From assembly GCA_963734545.1 (NCBI GenBank), contig CAVTHO010000004.1, positions 448,001 to 512,000 of the forward strand: a DNA stretch of 64,000 nt, written 5' to 3'. This DNA comes from an uncultured Spirochaetota bacterium (GTDB lineage Bacteria > Spirochaetota > Spirochaetia > SZUA-6 > Fen-1364). Numbering within the stretch: the stretch's first letter is position 1; each line of letters begins with the position of its first letter. Under the pieces are notes generated by a model. That model ran no database searches, was not told the DNA's origin, and saw nothing but the letters and a program-made list of their open reading frames with translations. A program made the position numbers and the translations under genes. This document shows positions 49,529 through 60,462 of this stretch, one piece after another.

Positions 49529-50488
49529 CTACTTCTGCAGAAGGTGCAGGGCAAATCCTCCGACCTCCTTGTCCAGGTAGACTGCGATCGTCTTGCCTTC
49601 CTTCTCCTTGGCTGTCTCCGGCTTGATCCCCACCCCGTGACGGGCCAGGTGAGCCACCGCGCGGGGAATGCTCAACGTCGAGACGGCGATGTGCCCGTGT
49701 GCCCCGAGATACGGACTTTTCAGGAGCTCGAAGCCCGTGCCGGCAAACGTGGAGCTGGTGCCATCCTTGACGGCAAAGAAGAAGAGACGCGCCAGAAGCT
49801 CGGCATCCGCCATTGCCTTTGCGGCATCAGTCTGGTTGATGCCGATGTGTGCAAGCTCGAAGCCCAGGGAAATCTGCACGGCCTCGCGCGCCAGTCGGGT
49901 GATCTCATCGAACTTGCCGGCCGAGATGGCCGCTTCCTTTGCGATCCACGTCCCACCCACGGCATGCACGCGATTGAAGGAGAGGTATTCCTTGAGGTTC
50001 GACGCTTCGATCCCGCCCGTGGGAATGAACTGCACGCCGGCATAGGGAGCAGACATGGCCTTGAGATAGTCCAGCCCACCGGACGCGCCGGCAGGAAAAA
50101 ACTTCAGGACCTCGAGTCCCCGTTCCAGTCCCTTCTCCACGTCAGTGGGAGAGTTCACACCAGGAGTCACGGGCACTCCCTTGGAGATGCAGTAGTCGAC
50201 GACCTTCGGATTGAATCCCGGCGTGACGATGAACCGCGCTCCCGCGGCAACCGCGGCATCCACCTGCGCCGTTGTCAGCACCGTGCCCGCGCCCACCAGG
50301 AGCTCGGGACACTCGCGGCTGAGCTCCGCGATTGCCTGCTCGGCGGCGGCGGTCCGGAAAGTGATCTCGGCAACGGGAAGATCTCCCGCAAGAAGGGCCT
50401 TTCCCAGATTCACCGCGTCCGACGCCTTTTCGATCTTCACGACGGGAACGACGCCCACCACCCCCAGCCTCTTCACGACATCATGCAT
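49529..50488 (-). CDS. eda: KDPG/KHG aldolase with a C-terminal VOC-like extension
   Basis: EITFRT, GAGTV, KFFPA and PTGGI, plus the extension GFELAHIGIN…HGHIA…GGFALHL. Confidence 0.9.
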   Translation of the reverse strand: MHDVVKRLGVVGVVPVVKIEKASDAVNLGKALLAGDLPVAEITFRTAAAEQAIAELSRECPELLVGAGTVLTTAQVDAAVAAGARFIVTPGFNPKVVDYCISKGVPVTPGVNSPTDVEKGLERGLEVLKFFPAGASGGLDYLKAMSAPYAGVQFIPTGGIEASNLKEYLSFNRVHAVGGTWIAKEAAISAGKFDEITRLAREAVQISLGFELAHIGINQTDAAKAMADAELLARLFFFAVKDGTSSTFAGTGFELLKSPYLGAHGHIAVSTLSIPRAVAHLARHGVGIKPETAKEKEGKTIAVYLDKEVGGFALHLLQK

Positions 50489-50524
50489 ACGGGACCTCCT
50501 GACAGTGATGACACAGGGGAGACT

Positions 50525-51512
50525 TCACTTGACGATGGGGGTCTTGGTCCGGTCGAAGGTCAGCGTGACGCCGATGATGACCATGACGCCCAGAATGGCC
50601 TGCTGGAGATACTGATCTATGCCGACGACGGTCATCCCGTTGTCCAGCATGCTCATGAACAATGCGCCGAACACGGTGTTGATGACGCCTCCCGTGCCGC
50701 CGGTGAGCGCGGTGCCGCCCACGACGACTGCCGCGATGGAGTTCAACACGTACGCGGTCCCGACCACCGGGTCGCCGCCGTAGCGGATGGAAGAGATCGT
50801 GATGCCCACGAGCGCGGCGCCCAGCCCGGACAGCATGAATGCGATGTTGCGCGTCTTCACGATGTTGATGCCCGACATCCACGACATCTTGATGTTGCTG
50901 CCGATGTAGAAGATGTTGCGGCCGGTGCTGGTGAAACGAAGGATAACGTAGAAGAGTATCAGCACCGCGAGTCCGATGTACGAGGACGTTGCTCACCTTG
51001 AAAGCCGACCCGTTGACGATGTCGACCACGCCGTAAAGATCGGGCGAAAGGTTCACCGGTCGGGGCGACACGAGGTACGCAAGGCTCGTGAGAATGCCGC
51101 CGGTTCCCAGGGTCGCGATGAATGACGGGATCTTTATCCGGGTGAGGATGAGCCCATTGATGTATCCGGCCAGCACTCCCGCCAGAATGCACACCGGATA
51201 CGCGAGGTATCCTATCGGCTTTATCAGGAGGATGAAGGCGACGGAGATGAATGAGACCAGCCCGCCGACGGAAAGGTCGATTCCGCCGACGAGGATCGTG
51301 CACATCTGGCCCAGGGCGACCATCAGGAGGATCGCGGAGAAGCTGATGATGGTGTTGAGGTTGTAGGGAGTCAGGAAGTTCGGATTTCCCAGATAGAAGA
51401 GGAGCCCCACGACAACCAGGAGCGCGACGGTGATGTACACCGGGGGAATCTGCCTCCTGTGCGTCAGTCGCTTTCGCGCTTCCTGCTGGTCCCCGTTCTT
51501 CACTACCACCAC
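50525..51512 (-). CDS. Monosaccharide ABC transporter permease (RbsC-like; frameshift near 50975)
   Basis: GGIDLSVG, IPSFIATLG and IAAVVVGGTALTGG. Confidence 0.85.
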
Positions 51513-53071
51513 TGCGGCTCTCCTTCTAGTACGATCAGGCTGATGATGTCCTGCGGGTTCGGCTTCTGCTTCGGTGAGCTGTCGATCTCCTTCACCAGCC
51601 GGCCGTCCTTCATGATGAGCATCCGGTTGGCCAGCCCGATGTCCTCCTCGAGGGTGTCGCACATGATGAGCATTCCTATCCCTTCCTTCGCCAGCTTCCG
51701 CATGAGCTTGTAGATCTCGTCCTTGGCCCCGACATCGACCCCGCGCGTGGGATGATCGAGGATCAGCAGGCGCACACGGGAGCTGAGCCACTTGGAAATG
51801 ACCGTCTTCTGCTGGTTGCCGCCGCTGAGATTGGCGCACAGCGTGCCAATCGACGGCGTCTTGATCTGGCATTCGGCAATCCAGTGGCTGCGCGTTCTTC
51901 CTCTCGCGCGCCGGGCTCAGGAAGCCTCGCCGTTTTCAGGCGATTGAGAACGAGGAGGTTCACGTTCTCCGCCACGTTCATCATGAGGGCGAGGCCTTCG
52001 CTGCGGCGATCAATCGGGATGTGACCGATCCCCGCCCTGACGGCGCCGCTGGGAGACCCGCTGGGAAGCTTGCTCCCGTCCAGGAAGATGCTGCCGGTGT
52101 CGGCCCTTTCCAGACCCGCGAGGCATTTGCAGACCGCTTCCTTCCCCGAGCCGACCAGCCCGATCAGGCTGACGATCTCCCCCTCCCCCACGGTGAAGCT
52201 GAGCGGCTGAAAGAACCCCGCCTTGCTCAGGTTTTCCACTCTCAGGATCTCTTTTTCCGCCTGCGTCCGCTGCTCATCCTCGTGGAAGCGGTCCACCGAG
52301 AAGGAATGACCCACCATCAGCTGCTCGATTTTCAGGAGGCGCGACTCGGAAGCGGGCATTTCCGTGACATTCTTCCCGTCCTTCAGGACGACGATCCGGT
52401 CGCAGTTCTCGAGGACCTCCTGGATGCGGTGAGAGATGAAAACGATCGACGCCCGATTCTTGAGCTCCTGCAGGATCGAGAACAGCGTTTCCCGCTCGCT
52501 GTCGGCCAGCACCGTGGTCGGCTCGTCCAGGATCAGGACACGGGATTCTCGTGTCCGTACAGCTCCGAAAGCCACAGCAGGCGCGCGATCTCGACCATCT
52601 GCCGCTCCGCCGGGCTGATCTCCGCAACCGGCAGGTCCACGTCGATGTGGAGCTTCATCTGGGCCAGGCAGCTCCCGGGCGGCCGCGCGCATGGACCGCA
52701 GGGACAGGATGCCGAGCCGTGCGGAAGCCTGCCTCATGGCAAAGGAAAAGGTTCTCCGTGACGGAAAGGTTGGGAACCAGGGAACCTTCCTGAAAGACCA
52801 TGCCGATTCCGTTCCTGATTGCATCGGAAGGGTTCTTCAGGGTGATCGGCTCGCCGTGAAGCTTGATGGTCCCCCCATCCGGTTGGATGAGCCCGATCAT
52901 GATCTTCATCAGCACCGATTTCCCCGCGCCGTTTTCACCCACCAGCCCGACCAGCTCGTTGCGCCGGATCGTCAGGTCCACCCTGTCCAGCGCCACGACC
53001 CCGGGAAACTCTTTCGTAATCTGGCGTAGCTCCAGCACAGCTTCCTGGGTGCGGTTGCTCGTGTCATTCAT
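51503..53071 (-). CDS. Monosaccharide ABC transporter ATP-binding protein (RbsA-like; several frameshifts)
   Basis: KEFPGVVALD, GENGAGKS, ILDEPT, LSGGNQQK and LDHPTRGVDVGAK are spread over adjacent frames. Confidence 0.85.
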
Positions 53072-53085
53072 ATTCCCGCCTTGTC

Positions 53086-54121
53086 CTACTTGATGAAGCC
53101 GAGCTTCTTCCTGTCCAGGGTGAGAGCGACGGCGCCGATCAGAACGAGGCCATTCACCGCCTGCTGCGCGTACGGGTTCACGTGCATCAGGACCATACCG
53201 TCATTCAGCGCCGTGACGATCAGGGCGCCGAGAGCGGCGTTCTTTGCCCCCCCGAGCCCGCCGGTCAGGGCGACGCCGCCGACGGCGACCGCGGTGATGG
53301 TGGGAAACAGAAGGCCGTTTCCCATCCGCGATGTGGCGACGCCCAGCCGGCAGGCAAGAAGGAGCGATCCGAGCCCGTAGATGATCCCCGCGATCGTGAA
53401 GACGATGATCTTGATCCTGTCGACCTTGACGCCCCCCTGCTGGGCAAGGGCCTCATCGCCGCCGATGGCGTACAGGTACCGCCCGAATTGCGTGCGGTTC
53501 TGTATGAACTGCATGATGATGGCAAGAACAACCGCGAGAATCGCGATCTGCGGGATGCCGAAGACCATCCCGTTGATGGCGCTTGAATATCCTCTCGTCG
53601 AGAATGCTGATATTGACCGCCCTGTTGATGTAGACCGCCATCCCATAGAGCACCCAGCTCATCCCGAGAGTGGCGATGAAAGACGGGATTCTCAAGCCCG
53701 GTGTTCAGCAGGCCGCTGATCACTCCCGCCACTCCCCCGATGCCCATGGAAATGGGGATGATCCACAGCCCCACGTCGTTTGCGTTGTACTGGTTCTTCA
53801 TGAGCAGCCCGACGAAAATCGCAACCAGCGAGGCCACGCCCTGCACGGAAAGATCGATCCCTCCGAGCACGACGGTCAGGTGCAGCCCGATGGCCAGAAT
53901 CGCGGGAATTGCCGCAAGGCTGAGAATGGTCTGAATATTGGCCGCAGGAGAGATATTTGCCCTTCGTCCCGATGGCGAACACGGCCGACGAGGATCACCA
54001 GGGTGAGGATCTGGGCAACCGTGCCGGTGCGTCGAAGCCACCTGCCCGCGGCCGCCAGGGGAGCGGGGAACCGTTTCCCCATCGAGGCCAGGCGGCCTCC
54101 CTTGCTACTCACTTCTGTCAT
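53086..54121 (-). CDS. Monosaccharide ABC transporter permease (several frameshifts)
   Basis: GGIDLSVQG, IPSFIATLG, FGRYLYAIGG and AVAVGGVALTGG. Confidence 0.83.
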
Positions 54122-54184
54122 GAGTCGTCAGCCCTCCTTCGGCGAGTGTAGATAAGCCAGAACCATGGCGGCAAGGGAGAAAAT

Positions 54185-54218
54185 CCTCCGCACGGCGGCC
54201 AAAGCCCTCGTGCGGAGG
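54185..54218 (-). terminator. Stem-loop after the sugar-binding protein gene (partial terminator or stabiliser)
   Basis: CCTCCGCACG…CGTGCGGAGG inverted repeat followed by ATTTT on the minus strand. Confidence 0.55.
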
Positions 54219-54238
54219 TTCATCCATTCACCCTAGAG

Positions 54239-55282
54239 TTAGGGCGCTTCTCCCGCCCACTTCGCGAAGAAGTCCGACAGATCGTACGTGGGCATCTTCT
54301 TGATGTACTCGTTCACGAACTTGTCGACGTTTTCGCGGTTCACCTTGACCCCGGGGATCAACCAGCTGCGGTACTTCGCGGGGAGCTTGGCCACATCGAG
54401 CTTTCCCTGCTTCGCCGCCAGGCACATGGTCAGGCCGAGCTGGGCCTGGTAGCGGGAGTCCTGGAACTCCGTCGAGATCATGTATCCCGCCTTGATCGCA
54501 TCGAAGGCCTCGGGGTTGCCGTCAGTGCCGGTCACCAGCACCTTGCCCGCGAGCCCGGCTTCCTTCAGGGCCTGGATGGCGCCCATGCCCATGTTGTCGT
54601 TCGCGCACCACACGCCGTCGACGTCCGGGTACGCGGCAAGCAGCGCCTTGGTGGCGTTGTAGGCCTTTGTCGTGTCCCACTCCGCGCCTTCCCACTGCAG
54701 GAGAGTCACGCCGGGGTACTCCTTCAAGGCTTTCTGCAGACCCTGGAACCGTCCGATGGCCGCATTGTTGGCCAGCATGCCCTGGATGGCGACGATCTTG
54801 CCCTTGTTCGGGGTCTTGAAGGTCTTGAACAGCTCCTTGGCATTGTAATAGCCCTGGCCGACAGCGTCGAAGGCAATGTGCGACACCCAGTACTTATAGT
54901 TCGTCACTTTCACGTCGGGCGGCTTGTTCCACCAGTTGATCCAGTACGCGCCTGCAGACTCGAGCATCTTGGCGATCGGGACAACGTCGGGCGCTTCGTT
55001 GGGGTCGACGCTCACGACGATGTTGCCGCCCGTCTTCGCTATTTCCGCCCTCAGGTCCGCGAATTGCTTCTGACTGTTTCCTTCGCTGGACAGGACATCG
55101 ACGGGCAGTCCCAGCTTCTTTCCCAGTTCCCGTGCCCCCACCGCGTAGTTCGCGTGATACGGGTTGTCCAGTCCCCTGATCATCACGACCAGCGTGGTCT
55201 TCTCTGGGCGCTGACGGAGAGGGTCATGGTCAGCAGCAGGACCAGCGCCATCAGACAGACTACCAGCCACTTTCTGCTTCAT
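54239..55282 (-). CDS. Monosaccharide ABC transporter periplasmic binding protein (RbsB-like)
   Basis: LDNPYH, WCANDNMGMGA and VTGTDG. The signal peptide is scrambled by compensating indels. Confidence 0.88.
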   Translation of the reverse strand: MKQKVAGSLSDGAGPAADHDPLRQRPEKTTLVVMIRGLDNPYHANYAVGARELGKKLGLPVDVLSSEGNSQKQFADLRAEIAKTGGNIVVSVDPNEAPDVVPIAKMLESAGAYWINWWNKPPDVKVTNYKYWVSHIAFDAVGQGYYNAKELFKTFKTPNKGKIVAIQGMLANNAAIGRFQGLQKALKEYPGVTLLQWEGAEWDTTKAYNATKALLAAYPDVDGVWCANDNMGMGAIQALKEAGLAGKVLVTGTDGNPEAFDAIKAGYMISTEFQDSRYQAQLGLTMCLAAKQGKLDVAKLPAKYRSWLIPGVKVNRENVDKFVNEYIKKMPTYDLSDFFAKWAGEAP

Positions 55283-55401
55283 TCTCATTACCTCCTTGAA
55301 ATTGATTGGAACTCCATGTCCTCAAGCACATGCGCCTGGTTCCTGCCACACTCCTTCTCTTGCCCGCCACCTCCTTTCCTCTGCGCAGCCGGGATCGCCT
55401 C

Positions 55402-56164
55402 CTACTCAGCCGTCAGGCCGCCGTCCAGCACCAGGATGGAGCCGGTCATGAACTCGGAATCATCCGATGCCATGTAAAGCGCCGCCTTGGCGACATCGTC
55501 GGCCGTGCCGACGTGCGGCAGCGGCTGCCAGTGGCGTTTTTCCTCCGTTGGGTTCCCGCCCGGCTTGTAGTGCGCAACCACGGTGTCTCCCTGGGCCGTG
55601 TCGGTCATGCCGGGGCACAGGCAGTTGACCCGCACGTTGAAGGGCGCGAAGTCCAGGGCCATGCTCCGCGAGAGGTTGACGATGCCGCCCTTGGAAGCCG
55701 CGTAGGCGGAGGCGTCCGCGCGCGCCGACCAGGCCCGCGACCGACGACACGTTGATGACCACTCCCCGCTTTCGTTCCATCATGCCGGGCAGAAAATGCC
55801 GGGAGACCAGAAAGATGCCCTTCAGGTTCGTGTCAAGGACGCTGTCCCAGGTTTCCTCATCCAGGTCGATGACCCGGCCCGGCCTCCAGATGCCGGCATT
55901 GTTCACGAGGATGTCGACACCGGGTAGTCCTTGAGGATCCGCGCCGCGGCCTTGCGACCTGATCCGACCTTGGATACGTCCGCGACGTAGAATCTGCAGT
56001 CCCCGCCGTCCTTGCGGATGCTCCTGCACGTCTCCTCGCCGCGGGCGCCGTCCCTTCCGATCAAAGCCACCCGCGCGCCTTCACGGGCAAAGAGACGCCC
56101 GATGGCGGCACCGATGCCGATAGCCGCCTCCCGTTATCACTGCTACCTTGCCCTCGAGCTTCAT
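55402..56164 (-). CDS. SDR family oxidoreductase (frameshifted)
   Basis: MKLEGKVAVITGG, ILVNNAG, NVSSVAG, YAASKGG, RVNCLCPG and LVLDGG across frames. Confidence 0.85.
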
Positions 56165-56959
56165 GCCCTGCCCTCCTCGTCCCGCAAGCTCCGAGTGGTT
56201 TCGCGGCACTTCTCCGTAAAAAGACCGACGTCCACCGAATAGCACAGGTACTTCACGCCCGCCGCGCGCCATTTCCTGGCCGCCGGGATCGTGTCGACGA
56301 AAGTGCCCACGACCACGTTGTGCGTCAGGCACTCATCTGACGATGGTTTTCATGGCTTCCGTCACGCGGGGATTGTCGACATCACCCGGGACACCAAGCG
56401 ACTGGGAGAGGTCATACGGCCCGACAAAGATGATGTCCACGCCCGGAACCGAGAGGATTTCCCGTATGTTCCTGACGGCCTCCACGCCTTCCAGCTGCAG
56501 GACGATGACGTCGTGTTCGCCGGGCAAAGTACGTCGTAGCGGTCGAGCGAAGAATAGCCGGCGGCGCGGACGAATCGGCACACCCCTCTCATGCCCAGGG
56601 GAGCGAAACGCGCCGCGTGCACCACGCCCTCCGCGTCCTCCTTGCTGCCGATGCTCGGGGCCTGAATCCCTCCGGCGCCCACGTCCAGCACCTCTGAAAT
56701 AAGGGACGGGGTATTGTGCTTGACGCGCACGATCGGGAAGAGACCCGTTACCTCGGCGGCCCTGATGAGGTTCTGGAGGGACTGCACGCGTGTTCGGCCC
56801 GTGTTCCAGGTCCAGGACGACGAAGTCGAAGCCCGCGTGACCCATGATCTCGATGAAGGCGGGATCCTGGGACTTCGAGAACGTCCCCACGACCATCCCC
56901 TGAGACAGCGCCTTTCGGAAGCGCTGGATGGAGCTTGCCCGGGCGGAACTGGAAACCAT
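56161..56959 (-). CDS. HpcH/HpaI (GarL-like) aldolase family protein (frameshifted)
   Basis: GFDFVVLDLEHG, LDVGAGG, RFAPLGMRG and FVGPYDLSQSLG. Confidence 0.85.
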
Positions 56960-56993
56960 CCCTCATCCTTTCAGACTGAATAAAACTACTCGA

Positions 56994-57069
56994 ATTGAAA
57001 TTATGTTTCATCCGGAGCGTATCATCGGGCGCGGACCCCTGTCAAGCTTTTTTTAAAATACAGTTTCAA
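56994..57069. promoter_or_regulatory. Two KdgR-type operators flanking the sigma70 promoter of the aldolase-SDR-ABC operon
   Basis: TGAAA-TTATG-TTTCA (56996-57010) and TAAAA-TACAG-TTTCA (57054-57068). Minus-strand TTGACA (57045-57040) and TGA-TACGCT (57021-57016) lie between them. Confidence 0.7.
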
Positions 57070-57146
57070 AAATCTCTCTGGACGACCGCTCCGCGCCATG
57101 GTACTATCGTCCATTGCCCCGGAATGTGATCCAGGAAGGACGGCGC

Positions 57147-58001
57147 ATGAATAAACCGGCTCCTGCAAAGGCAGTCGTCAAGACGATGAGGATACTCGAG
57201 TACCTCTCTCACGAGAGGAGCGTCGGCATCATCGAGCTCACCCGGCGGGTCTCCGCCCACGCGAACGGCGAGCAGATGAACAAGAGTACCGTGTACAGGT
57301 TTCTCTCCTCCCTCAAGGAGCTCGGTTTTGTCCGGCAGGATCCCGAGACCGAGCGCTACAGCCTCACACTCAAGCTCTTCGAGATCGGCATGTGCGTCCT
57401 CGACCGGCTGGATATCTGGCGGGAAGCGGATCCGGTGCTGAAAGAGATCGCCCTGGTCACGGGGGAGACAGTCCACCTGGCGACCCTGGACGACACAAGC
57501 CTCGTGTACCTGGGAAAAATCGACTCCTTGAAAACCCTTCGCGTCTCCATGATGTCGCGCGTCGGCCAGACCGCGCCGACACACTGCACCGGCGTGGGGA
57601 AGACGCTCCTTGCCCATCTTTCTCCGTCACGGCTGGACGAAATCCTCGCGAAGGAGAAGCTTCTTCGCTACACGCCCCGGACCCTCACGCGCAGGGCTGA
57701 CCTGGACAGGGAGCTCGCCTCCATCCGGGAGCAGGGGTACGCGATCGACAACGAGGAGCATGAGGCAGGCGTGCGCTGTGTCGCCGCCCCGGTGCGGGAC
57801 AACAAGGGAACAGTGTGCGCCGCGGTGAGCGTTTCAGTTCCGACCGTAAGGCTCCCGGACAAGGAGATCCCGCGCTACAGGGACATCATTGTTCAGGCGG
57901 CCGGGGAGATCTCGAAAAGGATCGGCTATCGCGCTCCGCGCGACGGCGGCGCGCGGCTGCCCGAGAGACAGCCCGGCGCCGGTCGGCGCGCGCGCCGCTA
58001 G
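57147..58001 (+). CDS. IclR family regulator (KdgR-like)
   Basis: MNKSTVYRFLSSLKELGFVRQDPETERYSLTLKLFEIG, HCTGVGK and GYAIDNEEHEAGVRCVAAP. Confidence 0.92.
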   Translation: MNKPAPAKAVVKTMRILEYLSHERSVGIIELTRRVSAHANGEQMNKSTVYRFLSSLKELGFVRQDPETERYSLTLKLFEIGMCVLDRLDIWREADPVLKEIALVTGETVHLATLDDTSLVYLGKIDSLKTLRVSMMSRVGQTAPTHCTGVGKTLLAHLSPSRLDEILAKEKLLRYTPRTLTRRADLDRELASIREQGYAIDNEEHEAGVRCVAAPVRDNKGTVCAAVSVSVPTVRLPDKEIPRYRDIIVQAAGEISKRIGYRAPRDGGARLPERQPGAGRRARR

Positions 58002-58907
58002 GCGAGATCAGGGACGCCGCTATCGAGGCCGCGAGAAGCGCGGCAATGACTCCCAACGACACTCCGATCGGCACTTCGAGCACTCCCGAGAAAAGCATCT
58101 TGGCTCCGACAAAGAGAAGCACCGCGGCAAGGCCCAGATTCAGGTAGCGGAACCTGTTCATGACCCCCGCAAGCAGGAAGTACAGCGAGCGAAGGCCCAG
58201 GATCGCAAAGATGTTCGATGTGAAAACGATGAAAGGGTCCCGGCTGACCGCGAAGACAGCGGGTATGGAGTCTACGGCGAATACGACATCCGTGACCTCA
58301 ACGGTCACGAGGGCCAGGAACAATGGCGTGATCATCCACCGGCCCGCGCGGCGGATGAAAGAACCGGGGCCCTGGTGGTCTGCCGCCAGGGGGAGCACGC
58401 GGGACGCAAGACGCGTCACGGGGTTTCGTTCCGGATGCGCCTCTGCGTCGCGGCGCACCAGAAGCCGGCACCGGTCACGACAAGGATCCCGCCAAAGACG
58501 TAGATGGCCCAGTGGAACGCTTCCAGAAAGGCCCCGCCCGCCAGGATGAACACACCGCGCAGGAGCAGGGCGCCGATGATGCCCCAGAAGAGAACGCGAT
58601 GCTGGAGACTGTCCGGCACTGCGAAAGACGAGAAGATGACGATGAAGACGAACAGGTTGTCGACTGAAAGGGCCTTCTCGATCACGTACCCGGCGAGGAA
58701 CTCCAGCCCTTTCTCCGCGCCGAACCACACGGTGATCCCTGCATAGAACAGAACCGCGAGACCGATCCAGACGCCGGACCAGAGAAGAGCCTCTCGAAAT
58801 CGAATGGCGTGCGTCCTCTTATGGAAGACTCCCAGGTCGAGGGCGAGCATCGCAAAGACAAACAACAGGAACCCGGCCCAGAGGGCCGGGTTCCCTATGG
58901 ACTGCAT
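57886..58907 (-). CDS. TerC/Alx family membrane protein (frameshift near 58470)
   Basis: ALDLGVFH, GYVIEKALSVDNLFVF, QHRVLFWG, DVVFAVDSIPA and SNIFAILGLRSLYF. Confidence 0.9.
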
Positions 58908-58968
58908 GTGCACCGTCTCCGCCCTCTACGCGAGGGACTGGCCGGCGCTGCCGGGCCCTCGGAGCACC

Positions 58969-59307
58969 TCAGAGAGAGCGCCGGCAGACGCCCGGCGACT
59001 CATGTCCCTTGACCGTTCGCGCATCCGCGTGACCGCGGTCACGGCGGCATCGACCGGCCTTGCGCACCGCGCCCAATGGATCCCGGTCCGTTTCCAGGAT
59101 GAACAGCCTCCCGCGCGGGCGCAGCCTGACATCGACGAAGGCGGAAATATCTTCTCCGCCCCGGGGACCGTTCTGGTCCACAATCCGCACCGTCACCCGG
59201 AGAATTCGGTGAGCGAGCTGACCGAAGCCCCCTCGCAGCATCGACTCCACCTCCCCGCGCGCTCTTCCGTCGAGCTCGAGGTTGACCGTCCTGATCAGGA
59301 TTTTCAT
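58969..59307 (-). CDS. HPF/RaiA-fold small protein
   Basis: MKILIRTVNLEL…ILRVTVRIVDQNGPRGGED…VRL resembles the HPF/RaiA-like proteins found beside nhaR. GGAGG RBS. Confidence 0.65.
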   Translation of the reverse strand: MKILIRTVNLELDGRARGEVESMLRGGFGQLAHRILRVTVRIVDQNGPRGGEDISAFVDVRLRPRGRLFILETDRDPLGAVRKAGRCRRDRGHADARTVKGHESPGVCRRSL

Positions 59308-59387
59308 CACACACCTCCGCCGTCACCGGCAGAGAAAGGATAGCCTCGAATCAAAGGTTAGACAAATAGATAATCTTCCATCAATTA

Positions 59388-59402
59388 TGCGCTTAAATCG
59401 AA
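59388..59402. promoter_or_regulatory. LysR box upstream of the HPF-TerC operon
   Basis: TGCG-CTTAAAT-CGAA is an imperfect copy of the TTCG-N7-CGAA site upstream of nhaR. Confidence 0.55.
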
Positions 59403-59406
59403 ATAA

Positions 59407-60337
59407 TCAGCCCCCCGTCTTTCTCCCCCGGGCCCTGCCTCGGTCAATGATATCCCGCGCCGCATCGCAGACGGCCGCCACCGCGGGGTGCTTGATCTGC
59501 CGCTCGACGCTCACGGCGTAGAGCTGCTCGCGCACCCCCGGGATCACGCCGACGGGAACCACGTCGTACTGGCGGGCCACTTCCGCCGCGATCGGCGAAG
59601 GAGCGGGGAAGAGACCGGCCCCCCTCTGCCCGAAGGCCATGAGGAGCGCGCTGTCCTCGAATTCGCCGATGATATCCGGCCTGATCGAGGCGTCATCCAT
59701 CCACTTGTCCAGGGAACGACGCAGCATGGTGTTCTCCGTCGGCAGAAGCAGCGGCGCTCCCTCCAGGGACTTCGGGAAAGCCTTCCGGTACCGGGACGCC
59801 ATCTCGGGCACTCCGAAGAAAGTGATGCCATACTCCCCCAGCAGGTGGCTGAAAGCCTTCACTTTCACGTGCGGAGCAACCGGTGCAGTCGGAAAGAATC
59901 ACGTCGAGATTGTGCAGGGCAAGCTCGGCCACGAGCCGGTCCGGCTTGTCCTCCCTGCACACCAGGCGCACCGGCTGCCCCATCGAGAGGGCCCGCTCGA
60001 GCACCCGCTGCGCAATCAGCTTCGGCACCACGTCCGCCACTCCGACCGAGAGCCGCAGCGGCCTGCCCACGGGCCTGTCCTTCAGCGTGTCCTGGAGCTC
60101 GCGCCCGAGGCCGAAGATCTCCTCGGCGTAGCGGAGAACGACACGTCCGCTCTCCGTGAGCACGAGACGGCGCCCCTCCCGCGCAAAGAGGGGGTGACCC
60201 AGAACGTCCTCGAGCTCGTGGATCTGCTTGCTCACCGTGGAAGGAGCCAGGCCGAGCTGGGCGCACGCGCGGGCGAGCCCTCCCTCGCGCGCCACGTGCC
60301 AGAAGTACAGAAGGTGGTGGTAGTTCAGCCATTCCAT
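59407..60337 (-). CDS. nhaR: NhaR-type LysR transcriptional activator (frameshift near 59885)
   Basis: MEWLNYHHLLYFW, YAEEIFGLGREL, GVADVVPK, GEFEDSALLMAFG and ERQIKHPAV. Confidence 0.88.
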
Positions 60338-60350
60338 GGGGCTACTATAT

Positions 60351-60365
60351 TTCGTTTCAAGCGAA
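60351..60365. promoter_or_regulatory. LysR autoregulatory box upstream of nhaR
   Basis: Palindromic TTCG-TTTCAAG-CGAA (T-N11-A core) just upstream of the ATG. Confidence 0.65.
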
Positions 60366-60462
60366 GATTCAAGAAGAAGTGATCTGTTTGTCGAACCTTA
60401 CTGCCGAGGTCTCGAAGCCGATCGTGCCCCCGAGTGCGTTGGGGGAAATCCCTGGACGGCTT

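Noticed and set aside
58907-58969. yybP-ykoY riboswitch upstream of terC, or a tellurite-resistance operon
   Set aside because: The intergenic space is only about 60 nt with no recognisable aptamer, and there are no other ter genes.
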